Shown here: piece after piece, positions 26,684 through 36,269 of the stretch
Numbering within the stretch: position 1 is the first letter of the stretch
How the letters are laid out: each line of letters starts with the position of its first letter
Virus record (IMG/VR): IMGVR_UViG_3300045988_027758
Reading direction: 5' to 3' (one strand)
Length of the DNA: 45,074 nt
Source of the DNA: a virus
Notes under the pieces: generated by a model
Database searches by the model: none
The model's input: the letters and a program-made list of their open reading frames with translations, nothing else
Told to the model about the DNA's origin: nothing
Program-made: the position numbers and the translations under genes

Positions 26684-26874
26684 TAGAAGAAGGGGATTGG
26701 GAAGCGAATTATGCTTACTATGCCCTTCTGAAATTGCACATTCTACCTTCCGTTTTCCTTGCTATGGATGAACAGGAAAAAGCCTTTGTTGTAGCGGCGG
26801 TAAAGGTCAAAATCAAAAATGACAAGGAAAAAGAAAAGGAAGCAAAGCGAAAATCTAAAAAGAAAGGTAGGTGA
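26252..26874 (+). CDS. Tail assembly chaperone, -1 frameshifted extended product (G/GT-like)
   Basis: Slippery heptamer A_AAA_AAC at 26674-26680, just before the stop. The -1 frame is open for 65 further codons (LIEEGDWEANYAYYALLK...KKKGR) to TGA 26872-26874. Confidence 0.7.
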
Positions 26875-26879
26875 TCCAC

Positions 26880-29510
26880 ATGGCTACAATCAGAACCGCT
26901 ATTGAATTGCAGGACAATTTCACAAGTGTTCTGTATCAGGTTATCAATTCCGTAAATCTTGGGCTTTCCGCTATGGAAGATTTACACCAAAGCATGAACG
27001 CACAGGTTGACACTTCTTCCATTGAAGCCGCACGGGATTCTATCAATCAGGCTACGATTGCAGTTCAGGAATTGGATGCAGCTATGCAGGGTGTAGAAGC
27101 CCCCACGATTCCAACACCTACCGCCCCCGTGGACATTCCAACGCCGCCTGTTGAAATCCCTGTTGTTTGGAAAACGGACAGTTTGGAAGTTTTTACTTCT
27201 ACGGGTGTAGATAGATTTCAACAGGAAGTTCAAAGTGCAAATAATATGTTGAACACTTTGAACGCCACACAGGAACGCATTGTAAGCACAGCAGCACAAA
27301 CCAACCTGTTCCCGGAAAATGCTGTTGCTGATATGGGGAGAATGGGAAGCCGTTTACAGGCTATCCAGCAGCGTATTCAGCAAATAGAAAACAATCCCCT
27401 GAATATTGGAACGGAAACCGCAAATGCGGAACTGGAACGGTTGAGGGGGCAGTTGGATCAGGCGGTTCAGGAACAGGAGAATTTGAACCGTGCTGTTGCT
27501 GATATGGATGTTCAGGCGGCGAATGAAGCCTATTTGCGGTTGTCGCAAACAATCGGCAACACTGAACACTATATCCGTGACAATGTGGACGAACAGGGGC
27601 GTTTCAATCAGGAAATCAATGAAGGTGTTGTGAACGCCGACAACCTGATGAACACAATTAAAGGTGCTGTTGCGGCTTACGCTACGGTTCAGACCGTGGG
27701 AAAAGCCCTTGACCTGTCTGACACGCTGACTTCAACAACCGCCCGTTTGAACCTGATGAATGATGGATTGCAGACCACACAGGACTTGCAGAACATGATT
27801 TATTTGTCCGCTGAACGGGCAAGGGGTTCTTATCAGGCAACGGCTGATGCTGTTTCCAAACTTGGACTTATGGCGGGCGATGCTTTCGGCAGTTCGGAAG
27901 AAATCGTTGCGTTCATGGAACAAATCAACAAGCAGTTCACCATTGCCGGAACGGAAGCGGCGGGCATTGATGCCGCTATGTTGCAGCTTACACAGGCTAT
28001 GGGTTCGGGTGTTCTTCGTGGTGAAGAATACAATTCCATTTTGGAGCAAGCCCCGAATATTATTCAGGCTATCGCTGATTATATGGAAGTTCCCAAAGGT
28101 CAGTTGAAAGATATGGCGGCAGACGGTGCAATCACGGCTGACATTGTGAAAGCGGCTATGTTTGCGGCGGCTGACGAAACTAATGAAAAATTTGCGAGTA
28201 TGCCGAAAACATTTTCACAGATTTGGACTTCGTTTCAGAACACTGCTTTGATGGCGTTTCAGCCTGTTTTGAACAGATTGAACGAAATTGCAAACAGTAA
28301 TGCTTTCCAGCAGTTTGTGAACAATGCTATTGATGGGCTTTCCGTTGTGGCAGGTATTACCCTTGAAATCTTTGATTTGCTGGTAAGCGTTGCGGGTGCT
28401 GTTGCTGATAATTGGTCGTGGCTATCCCCTATCATTTACGGTGTAGCCGCCGCACTTGCCGTATATTACGGTTGGCAGCTTGCGGTGAACATGATAAATG
28501 CTATCAGCAAGGGAATTCATGTTGCAATGGCAGTTGCACAAATGATTCATGCGGCAGCAACAGGAGCATTGACCGCAGCTACGGCAGCGGAAATTGCAGC
28601 GCAGAACGGTTTGAATGCCGCCCTGTACGCTTGCCCTATCGTGTGGATCATCGTTCTAATTATCGCCCTTATTGCGTTGTTCTATGCGGCAGTTGCGGCG
28701 GTGAACAAATTTGCGGGAACTTCCGTTTCTGCAACGGGTATCATTTGCGGAGTGTTTGCGGTAGCGGGTGCGTTCATTGGAAACCTGTTCGTTACCCTGA
28801 TTAACTTTGTGATTGATATTTTCGTTGTTCTTTGGAACTTCATTGCGGCATTTGCGAACTTCTTTGCAAATGTGTTCAATGACCCCGTGGGAGCAATCGC
28901 CCGGTTGTTCTTTGATTTGGTTGACATAATCCTTTCCCTGTTGCAGTCTTTGGCAAGTGCGATTGATACAATTTTCGGTTCAAATCTTGCGGGTGCTGTT
29001 TCCGGGTGGCGGGATTCCCTTGGTGGTTGGGTGGATTCCACCTTTGGCAAGGGAACGGAAGTCATGGCGAAAGTCAACGCTTCTGATTATCACCTTGACC
29101 GCTTTGAATATTCCGGGGCGTGGGATGCCGGGTATAGTTTCGGTGAAGGTATTGAAGATACCATTTCCAACTTTGACCCGTCCAGCCTGTTCAACACAAA
29201 TATTCCTTCCGCAAGCGATTATGCCGATTTGAGCAATTACACGGGTTCTATCGGTGACGGTGTGGGCGATATTGCCGACAACACGGGTTCTATCAAGGAT
29301 TCGCTGGACATTACGGAAGAAGATTTGAAATATCTTCGTGATATTGCTGAACAGGAAGCAATCAACAGATTTACAACGGCTGAAATCACCATTGAACAGA
29401 CCAATAACAACAATGTTTCGGGTTCTATGGACTTGGACGGTGTTGTTTCCGGGCTGACCGATGCGGTGAATGAAGCGGTTGATATTATCACGGAAGGGGT
29501 GCATGAATAA
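26880..29510 (+). CDS. Tape measure protein
   Basis: About 876 aa. Coiled-coil N-terminal half, several hydrophobic Ala/Gly-rich segments. ATG 26880 after AAAGGTAGGTGA. Confidence 0.9.
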   Translation: MATIRTAIELQDNFTSVLYQVINSVNLGLSAMEDLHQSMNAQVDTSSIEAARDSINQATIAVQELDAAMQGVEAPTIPTPTAPVDIPTPPVEIPVVWKTDSLEVFTSTGVDRFQQEVQSANNMLNTLNATQERIVSTAAQTNLFPENAVADMGRMGSRLQAIQQRIQQIENNPLNIGTETANAELERLRGQLDQAVQEQENLNRAVADMDVQAANEAYLRLSQTIGNTEHYIRDNVDEQGRFNQEINEGVVNADNLMNTIKGAVAAYATVQTVGKALDLSDTLTSTTARLNLMNDGLQTTQDLQNMIYLSAERARGSYQATADAVSKLGLMAGDAFGSSEEIVAFMEQINKQFTIAGTEAAGIDAAMLQLTQAMGSGVLRGEEYNSILEQAPNIIQAIADYMEVPKGQLKDMAADGAITADIVKAAMFAAADETNEKFASMPKTFSQIWTSFQNTALMAFQPVLNRLNEIANSNAFQQFVNNAIDGLSVVAGITLEIFDLLVSVAGAVADNWSWLSPIIYGVAAALAVYYGWQLAVNMINAISKGIHVAMAVAQMIHAAATGALTAATAAEIAAQNGLNAALYACPIVWIIVLIIALIALFYAAVAAVNKFAGTSVSATGIICGVFAVAGAFIGNLFVTLINFVIDIFVVLWNFIAAFANFFANVFNDPVGAIARLFFDLVDIILSLLQSLASAIDTIFGSNLAGAVSGWRDSLGGWVDSTFGKGTEVMAKVNASDYHLDRFEYSGAWDAGYSFGEGIEDTISNFDPSSLFNTNIPSASDYADLSNYTGSIGDGVGDIADNTGSIKDSLDITEEDLKYLRDIAEQEAINRFTTAEITIEQTNNNNVSGSMDLDGVVSGLTDAVNEAVDIITEGVHE

Positions 29511-30235
29511 TGAGTAAAAACGGATATGACTTTTATCTTGGATTGTGCTTGTTACCAATCACCCCCGACAAGTTGACCGTGAAAATCAACAATGCCAATT
29601 CAACCCTTACCCTGATTGATGAAGGGCAGATTAACATTCTGAAAAAGGCTGAATTGACGGATGTTGAATTTGAATGCAGGATTCCACAAACCAAATATCC
29701 GTTTGCAAAATATAAAGCTGGATTTTTAGGGGCTTCTTTCTTCCTTTCTTATTTTGAAAATTTGAAAACGAGTAAGAAGCCCTTCCAGTTTATTGTTTCA
29801 AGAATGAAGCCCAGCGGTGGAATTCTTTTTGCAACGAATTTGAAGGTATCAATGGAAGATTACAAAATCACGGAACAGGCAAAGGAAGGTTTTGATTTGA
29901 TTGTGAAAATCAAGTTGAAGCAGTACCGGGAATACAGTACAAAAACGGTGAATATCAAAATCGCCGCTTCCAAACCGAAAGCCGTTGTGCAGCCCACAAG
30001 GTCAACAGAATCAAAGCCGGAAAGTAAAAGCTATAAGGTGGGTGACATTGTGAATTTCCACGGTGGAACACACTATTACAGTTCTTATCCGGGGGCGAAA
30101 GGTTATTCAGCAAGAGCCGGAAAAGCAAGAATTACCATTGCGAACGGTTCAGGCAAAGCCCACCCGTGGCACTTGATACACACGGATTCAAGTTCAAATG
30201 TCTATGGTTGGGTGGATGAAGGAACATTTGATTAA
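29510..30235 (+). CDS. Distal tail protein (XkdP position) with C-terminal SH3-like domain
   Basis: Synteny. C-terminus YKVGDIVNFHGGTHYYSS ... HPWHLIH ... YGWVDEG. Confidence 0.6.
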   Translation: MSKNGYDFYLGLCLLPITPDKLTVKINNANSTLTLIDEGQINILKKAELTDVEFECRIPQTKYPFAKYKAGFLGASFFLSYFENLKTSKKPFQFIVSRMKPSGGILFATNLKVSMEDYKITEQAKEGFDLIVKIKLKQYREYSTKTVNIKIAASKPKAVVQPTRSTESKPESKSYKVGDIVNFHGGTHYYSSYPGAKGYSARAGKARITIANGSGKAHPWHLIHTDSSSNVYGWVDEGTFD

Positions 30236-30247
30236 GGGGGTGCTGAT

Positions 30248-31228
30248 TTGGATGTAGAACTTTTAATTGCTGACCCTTCCGGCGAAAAGGCGTATTTGCC
30301 AATCACGGAAGAAGGAATTGAATGGAGTACGGAAAGAAGAAGCACACCCGGCAAGCTAACCTTCAAAATCGTAAAAGACAGCATAATCAATTTTCAAGAG
30401 GGTGCAGCCGTTCGCCTAAAGGTGGACGGTAAGCCCGTTTTTTTCGGGTTCGTATTCAGTAAGAAGCGGGATAAAGACCAAATTATCACTGTCACCGCTT
30501 ACGATCAGTTGCGATACCTTCAAAACAAAGATACCTATGTTTATGAGAACAAGACCGCTTCCGAATTCATTCAGATGGTGGCAGCGGACTTTTCTTTGAA
30601 TGTTGGTACGCTGGAAGATACCGGGTTCAAAATCGCTTCACGAGTGGAAGATAACACTTCCCTGTTTGATATGATTGAAAACGCCCTTGACCTGACTTTG
30701 CAGAACACCAAAGAAATGTTTGTCCTGTATGACGATTTCGGCAAGCTGATATTGAAGAACCTTGGTTCAATGTATGTTGGCGAACCGGGGGCATACCTGA
30801 TGATTGATGAAGAAACCGGGGAAAATTTTGAATACACTTCCAGCATTGACAGCGACACATACAACAAAATCAAGCTGACCTATGACAATGAAAGCACGGG
30901 AAAGCGTGAAGTTTATATCGCACAGGACGGAATCCATATAAACGAATGGGGCGTTTTGCAGTATTTCGATACCCTTTCCAAAGGTGAGAACGGACAGGCA
31001 AAAGCGGATGCCCTGTTGCAGCTTTACAACAAGAAAACCCGTAACCTGAAAATTGTGAATGCTTTGGGTGATACACGGGTTAGAGCCGGAAGCATGGTTG
31101 TTATCAATCTTGCTTTGGGCGATATGAATTTGAAAAATTTCATGTTGGTTGAGAAAGTGAAGCACACCTTCAAACTGGATCAACACTTCATGGATTTAAC
31201 ACTTAGAGGGGGTGAATTTGTTGCCTGA
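30248..31228 (+). CDS. Baseplate hub / late-control-D-like protein (XkdQ-like)
   Basis: Synteny and size (326 aa). Confidence 0.7.
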   Translation: MDVELLIADPSGEKAYLPITEEGIEWSTERRSTPGKLTFKIVKDSIINFQEGAAVRLKVDGKPVFFGFVFSKKRDKDQIITVTAYDQLRYLQNKDTYVYENKTASEFIQMVAADFSLNVGTLEDTGFKIASRVEDNTSLFDMIENALDLTLQNTKEMFVLYDDFGKLILKNLGSMYVGEPGAYLMIDEETGENFEYTSSIDSDTYNKIKLTYDNESTGKREVYIAQDGIHINEWGVLQYFDTLSKGENGQAKADALLQLYNKKTRNLKIVNALGDTRVRAGSMVVINLALGDMNLKNFMLVEKVKHTFKLDQHFMDLTLRGGEFVA

Positions 31229-31652
31229 TGCAGTTGAACTTTTGAAAACTTTGAAAAAAGCAGCGGTGGAAGCTGTTGAAGCAACAAAGCCTGTTCAAGT
31301 TTGTTACGGCAAGGTGACAGGCACTTCCCCACTGAAAATCCTTGTGGATCAGAAACTTACTTTGGGTGAAGGGCAGCTTGTTCTTACCCGAAATGTGATT
31401 GATTACGAAATGGATATTTCCGTTAGTCATTGGACGGTAGCGGAAACAAAACACACCCACCCCGTAACAAGTGGCGGCACGGCAACCGCTACTTCCCATA
31501 GACACCAATATAAGGGCAAGAAGAAAATCACGGTTCACAATGCTTTGCAGAACGGCGATGCTGTTGTCCTTATCCGGGAACAGGGCGGGCAAAAATATAT
31601 TGTGATTGACCGTATCAAGCCAATCCCGAAAACGGAAGGAGAGTGGGTATAA
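31212..31652 (+). CDS. Baseplate spike-region protein (XkdR / DUF2577-like)
   Basis: Synteny; block GKVTGTSPLKILVDQKLTL. Confidence 0.65.
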   Translation: MNLLPDAVELLKTLKKAAVEAVEATKPVQVCYGKVTGTSPLKILVDQKLTLGEGQLVLTRNVIDYEMDISVSHWTVAETKHTHPVTSGGTATATSHRHQYKGKKKITVHNALQNGDAVVLIREQGGQKYIVIDRIKPIPKTEGEWV

Positions 31653-32057
31653 ATGATTCCTTCTGTTACAGGATTTCTTGAACAGGACTTTGAAATTGAA
31701 ACACAGCCAACCAACACCTATAAAATGGAGTTGGAAAGCAACCTGATCCGTGGATATACGGACGGACAGGAAGCGATGAAACAGGCTATTTTCAAAATCC
31801 TTTCCACGGAACGATACCAATATGTTATGTATTCTTGGAACTATGGGATTGAACTGATTGACCTGTACGGCGAACCCGTTTCCTATGTTTGCCCGGAATT
31901 GGAACGCCGTATCACAGAAGCCCTTACATGGGATGAACGAATTGAAAGCGTTGATAACTTTGAATTCGACACTTCAAAAAAGGGTGAAGTTTTGGTTACA
32001 TTCACCGCACATACAATTTTCGGTGATGTAGCCGCTGAAAAGGTGGTGAATTTTTAA
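31653..32057 (+). CDS. Baseplate wedge protein (XkdS / DUF2634, gpW/gp25-like)
   Basis: Synteny; block GQEAMKQAIFKILSTERYQY. Confidence 0.7.
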   Translation: MIPSVTGFLEQDFEIETQPTNTYKMELESNLIRGYTDGQEAMKQAIFKILSTERYQYVMYSWNYGIELIDLYGEPVSYVCPELERRITEALTWDERIESVDNFEFDTSKKGEVLVTFTAHTIFGDVAAEKVVNF

Positions 32058-33253
32058 TGTATGATGTGACCTATGAAGAAATTCTTGAACGAATGCTTGC
32101 AAGGGTATCTGACAAGTTCGACAAGCGGGAAGGTTCGGTTATTTTTGACACCCATTCCCCAACAGCGATTGAACTTCAACTTCTGTATGTGGAGCTGAAC
32201 ACCCTGATTGCGGAAGCCTACGGCGATAGTGCTTCAAGGGAATTTCTTATCAGGCGTTGCAAGGAACGAGGTATCACCCCGTATGAAGCAACAAAGGCAA
32301 TTCTGAAAGGCGAATTCACACCGAAAAACATTGATGTTACAGGACAGCGGTTCAATATTAGTTCATTGAATTTCATTGTGCTTGAAAAAATCGCTGATGG
32401 TGAATATCAGGTACAGTGTGAAACCCCCGGCATTGTCGGAAATCAGCAGTTGGGAACAATGATCCCGATTGAATATATTGAAGGGTTGGAAACAGCGGAA
32501 CTTACGGGCGTTCTGATTCCGGGTGAGGATGAAGAAGATACGGAAGATTTGCGAAAGCGTTATTTCGATTCCTTCAATGAAAAGGCGTTCGGCGGCAATG
32601 TTCAGGATTATCTTGAAAAAACGAACGCTATTCCGGGTGTTGGAAGCACCAAAGTAACAAGGGTTTGGAATGGTGACATTCGCCCCGCTGACATGATACC
32701 AACGGCAAAGGTGAAAACATGGTATGAAGGTATCATTGGAACGCTGGATCAGGAAGTTGCCCTTTGGCTTTCAAATGTCTATATGGCGGCAGCAGAAAAG
32801 AAGCTGACAACTGGGGGAACGGTGCTGCTTACAATCCTGAATTCTGATTATGGCGTTGCTTCTGATACCCTGATTCAGACCGTGCAGAACACCATTGACC
32901 CCGCCGAAAATGCGGGTGAAGGTTATGGGCTTGCCCCTATCGGTCATGTGGTATCGGTCAAGAGTGCAAAGAAAGTCACCGTTACCCTGAAAACCAAAAT
33001 CACTTTTGATACAGGTTACAGTTGGTCGAATTTGCAGAATTCGATTGATACAGCCGTTCAGGACTATCTTTTAGAATTGCGTAAGGGGTGGGCTGACACC
33101 GCTTATTTGGTGGTTCGTATCAGCCAAATTGAAACAAGGCTTCTTTCAATCAAGGGCATTGTGGATATTGAAAACACCAAAATCAACGGTTCTACTGACA
33201 ACCTGACATTGGGGAAATATGAAGTTCCCGTGTTTGGGGGTGCAAGCGCATGA
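32057..33253 (+). CDS. Baseplate J-like protein (XkdT-like)
   Basis: 398 aa; synteny; N-terminus YEEILERMLARV typical of the family. Confidence 0.8.
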   Translation: MYDVTYEEILERMLARVSDKFDKREGSVIFDTHSPTAIELQLLYVELNTLIAEAYGDSASREFLIRRCKERGITPYEATKAILKGEFTPKNIDVTGQRFNISSLNFIVLEKIADGEYQVQCETPGIVGNQQLGTMIPIEYIEGLETAELTGVLIPGEDEEDTEDLRKRYFDSFNEKAFGGNVQDYLEKTNAIPGVGSTKVTRVWNGDIRPADMIPTAKVKTWYEGIIGTLDQEVALWLSNVYMAAAEKKLTTGGTVLLTILNSDYGVASDTLIQTVQNTIDPAENAGEGYGLAPIGHVVSVKSAKKVTVTLKTKITFDTGYSWSNLQNSIDTAVQDYLLELRKGWADTAYLVVRISQIETRLLSIKGIVDIENTKINGSTDNLTLGKYEVPVFGGASA

Positions 33254-34047
33254 TAAGAGTTGCAAGAGAAGTTGACCTTCTTTCCTACTTACCCCCATTC
33301 ATGGCAGAATTCAAGGAAATTGCCGTTACGCTGGATGCAGAAAACCCGGAATTTGTGCTTGTTTGGAAAGCTGCTGACAGGGTTTTGCAAAATGAATTCA
33401 TTGAAACGGCTGACGAATACGGAATTTCAAGGTTTGAAAAAATCTTGAACATTCTTCCTTCAAAGGAAGATACCCTTGAAAGCCGCCGTTCAAGAGTATT
33501 TGCACGGTGGTTCAATACAATTCCGTACACCTTGAAAGCCCTGATTGCGAAATTGGAAGCCCTTTGCGGTGATAACGATTTCACAATCATCAAGGAATAT
33601 GACAACTACACCATTACAATCATTGTTGACCTTGAAATGTTCGGACAGGTGGACGAACTGGACTATATCATTGAAAGCATGATCCCGTGCAACATGATTG
33701 TTATTTCCCGGAATGAAATTCCGTGCAAGGCAAGCGGTTTTGCCCTGTTCAGTGGTGGAATTTGCTTTGTGCAGGATTTCTTTATCACCAACGATTTCCG
33801 GGAAAGCTACACGGTCAACAGCAAGGCGGCGTTTGGTGGTGGCATGGTGGAAGAAGCCCACTATTTCATTACCAATGACAGCAAAGAAAACATTGCTGTA
33901 AATGGTGCGGCGGTTCATGGTGGCGGGGCAGTCAATACCGCAACCGTGGTTATCACCAATGATTTCAATGAACAGTTCAACATAAACGGCGAAAACAACG
34001 CTGGTTCAGGTGTGGTTGTGTCCGAATTCATTGGAACAAATCAGTAA
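33250..34047 (+). CDS. Baseplate/tail protein (XkdU / DUF2313, gpI-like)
   Basis: Synteny; N-terminus LLSYLPPFMAEFKEI. Confidence 0.7.
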   Translation: MIRVAREVDLLSYLPPFMAEFKEIAVTLDAENPEFVLVWKAADRVLQNEFIETADEYGISRFEKILNILPSKEDTLESRRSRVFARWFNTIPYTLKALIAKLEALCGDNDFTIIKEYDNYTITIIVDLEMFGQVDELDYIIESMIPCNMIVISRNEIPCKASGFALFSGGICFVQDFFITNDFRESYTVNSKAAFGGGMVEEAHYFITNDSKENIAVNGAAVHGGGAVNTATVVITNDFNEQFNINGENNAGSGVVVSEFIGTNQ

Positions 34048-34066
34048 AAGAAAGGATTGAAACACT

Positions 34067-35866
34067 ATGGCAGAATTTTCAAAGTTGGTTATCACCAACA
34101 AAGGACAGGCTTTGATTGCAAAGATGATTGCCGGAAAGGGTAACATTGACTTCACAAAGATTTGCGCTTCCAGTACCACCTACACGCTGGCGCAGCTTGA
34201 AGCCCTGACTTCCCTTTCCAATATCAAGCAGACAAGCCTTATTTCCAAAGTAACCCGCACAAACGAGGTTGCAATCAAGGTTGAAACGGCGTTCACGAAC
34301 AATGACCTGACAGCCGGGTATTATATGCGTACCCTTGGACTGTATGCGATTGATCCCGATGAGGGTGAAATCCTGTACGCCGTGACAATCGAAAATTCCG
34401 GGAACTGCTATATGCCCCCTTACAATGGTGTTACCGTTTCGGGTGCTTATGTGCAGCTTGTCACCACGGTAGGCAATGCGGACAATGTTTCCCTTGAAGT
34501 GGATGCAGCCGCCGTTGCAACTATCGGTGATATTCAGGAATTGCAGAAGGAAATTGCAGACCTTGAAGCCTATGTCGGTTATACTGCTTCCGATATTTAC
34601 GGCGTGGAAGTTGACTTCGTGAACAAGAAGTTCACCCGTCTTGCGGGTGCGGTGAACCGTTCCGCTGGTGCTGGTTTTGATAACATTGCACCTTTCGGCG
34701 GCAGAAAGCGTTGCAACCTGACAAATGACGGTAAGGTTGTAGCCTATTACGGTGAAGCCGGATTTACCACCACGGGCAAGCTGACACAGGCAATCACTAT
34801 TGCAGAGGGTGAAAACGCTGGTACTTATGCGGCGGGAACGATTGTTCAGACAATGGTTGAACAGCCGAAATTTTATTACAAGGTTGTTCCGCTGCTTGTG
34901 GAACATAACGCTTTAGGTTCTAAAATCCGCAAAGCCCGTTACTATGTTTCCGCAACACCCAAAGCAGGGTTCAAACTTCACCCGGCGTTCATTGAGAACG
35001 GCAACGAGAATGAAAAGATTTACCTTGCAGCCTTTGAAGGTTCGCTTTGGGATGCTTCCGCAAGTGCTTACATTTTGGATGGTGCACAGGTGGCAGATTT
35101 CGCAAATGATATGCTTTGCAGTATCGCAAACGCAAAACCCGCTTCCGGCTTAAATCAGAACCTTACCCGTTCTAATACCCGAAAGCTGGCACAGAAGCGT
35201 GGTTTAGGTTGGGAACAGGGCTATGCAGCTACGGCAGCAGCTTCCCAGCTTCTTATGCTGGTTGAATATGCAACCTTCAATGTTCAATCGGTGATTGGCA
35301 ACGGTGCAGTAAGCAAAACCGATGATGGTACAACTTCCATGACGGAAAACAGCGGTGCAACCGTTTCTTTGGGTAACGCTTCCGGCGCAGTCACTAATGC
35401 AAACGGTATTCAGATTGTTTCCTATCGAGGTGAAGAAAACTTTTGGGGAAACATTTGGTGGTGGGTTGACGGCATGAACGAACAGAACCCTTCCACTTTC
35501 GCAGAAGGTGATTTCGGAACGCTGTTCGTTGCGGATCATGGCTTTGCTGATGATTCTTCCGCAAGCCCTTATAAGAACACTGGAATTCACCCGTGCTACG
35601 GTGGCGGTTATGTTTCCGCTTTCGGTTGGTCGGATGAATTTGATTGGCTGTTCATTCCAGCCGAAAAGAACGGCAACAGCAGCCTTCCCGTTGGTGATTA
35701 CTATTGGAACGCTAATCCCGGCTGGCGGGTTGCTATATTGGGCGGTAAGTGGACTTACGGTGCTAGTGCGGGTGCTTTCTATTGGACTCTGGATAGTGCT
35801 GCTTCTTCTCGTGATCGGAGTATCGGCGGGCGGTTGGTGTATGTACCTTCCAAAAAGGCAGCGTAA
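34067..35866 (+). CDS. Tail fibre protein: N-terminal tail-collar fibre domain, C-terminal C-type-lectin/FGE-like domain carrying the DGR variable repeat
   Basis: N-terminus MAEFSKLVITNKGQALIAK. C-terminus GGKWTYGASAGAFYWTLDSAASSRDRSIGGRLVYV. The last ~120 nt pair with the TR downstream. Confidence 0.9.
   Translation: MAEFSKLVITNKGQALIAKMIAGKGNIDFTKICASSTTYTLAQLEALTSLSNIKQTSLISKVTRTNEVAIKVETAFTNNDLTAGYYMRTLGLYAIDPDEGEILYAVTIENSGNCYMPPYNGVTVSGAYVQLVTTVGNADNVSLEVDAAAVATIGDIQELQKEIADLEAYVGYTASDIYGVEVDFVNKKFTRLAGAVNRSAGAGFDNIAPFGGRKRCNLTNDGKVVAYYGEAGFTTTGKLTQAITIAEGENAGTYAAGTIVQTMVEQPKFYYKVVPLLVEHNALGSKIRKARYYVSATPKAGFKLHPAFIENGNENEKIYLAAFEGSLWDASASAYILDGAQVADFANDMLCSIANAKPASGLNQNLTRSNTRKLAQKRGLGWEQGYAATAAASQLLMLVEYATFNVQSVIGNGAVSKTDDGTTSMTENSGATVSLGNASGAVTNANGIQIVSYRGEENFWGNIWWWVDGMNEQNPSTFAEGDFGTLFVADHGFADDSSASPYKNTGIHPCYGGGYVSAFGWSDEFDWLFIPAEKNGNSSLPVGDYYWNANPGWRVAILGGKWTYGASAGAFYWTLDSAASSRDRSIGGRLVYVPSKKAA
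35723..35843 (+). repeat. DGR variable repeat (VR)
   Basis: 121-nt ungapped alignment to 35947-36067. It has 30 differences, every one opposite an adenine of the TR. Confidence 0.9.
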
Positions 35867-35946
35867 GCACTGAAATATATTGGGTAGTTCAGGGAGTATT
35901 GTTGTTTACAAACCCGATTAAACACAAGAGCAAAAATAGAAACCAT

Positions 35947-36067
35947 AAAAAGGTTACTAAATTAGGCAGTAAATGGAATAACAGTGCTAATGCAGGTACT
36001 TTCTATTGGAATCTGAATAATGCTACTTCTAATCGTAATCGGAATATCAGCAGGCAGTTAGTAAATG
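35947..36067 (+). repeat. DGR template repeat (TR)
   Basis: Non-coding copy of the VR, rich in AAY codons in the VR frame (KKVTKLGSKWNNSANAGTFYWNLNNATSNRNRNISRQLVN). The 5' boundary is uncertain by about 4 nt. Confidence 0.9.
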
Positions 36068-36072
36068 CACGC

Positions 36073-36105
36073 AACAGGCGGGGAAAATCCAAATCCCCGC
36101 CTGTT
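36073..36105 (+). other. 12-bp GC-rich hairpin immediately 3' of the TR
   Basis: AACAGGCGGGGA-aaatccaaa-TCCCCGCCTGTT. Confidence 0.8.
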
Positions 36106-36269
36106 CAATATATTCTCTGTATTCCTGAATTACCCCGCCGCTTGGCGAAAAAGACAGCCCCCACAAGGGGGAAGTTAAAAATAAAATTGGGCTGTATTAG
36201 TAAATTTGAAAGTTTATTTTCAAAAGTTGAAAGTTCGGCTTAATGTGCATACAAAAAGGACATTCAGCA

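Noticed and set aside
26574-26771. 65-aa ORF overlapping the chaperone 3' end, considered as the frameshift partner
   Set aside because: It is in the +1 frame relative to the chaperone. The slippery A_AAA_AAC site directs a -1 shift into the other frame, which is the one open up to the tape-measure start.
35899-36243. 114-aa ORF between the tail fibre and the RT, considered as a possible Avd or second target protein
   Set aside because: Its central part is simply the template repeat read in the VR frame (KLGSKWNNSANAGTFYWNLNNATSNRNRNISRQL). The rest is low-complexity translation of the hairpin-rich spacer. It has a TTG start, no RBS and no helical-bundle character.
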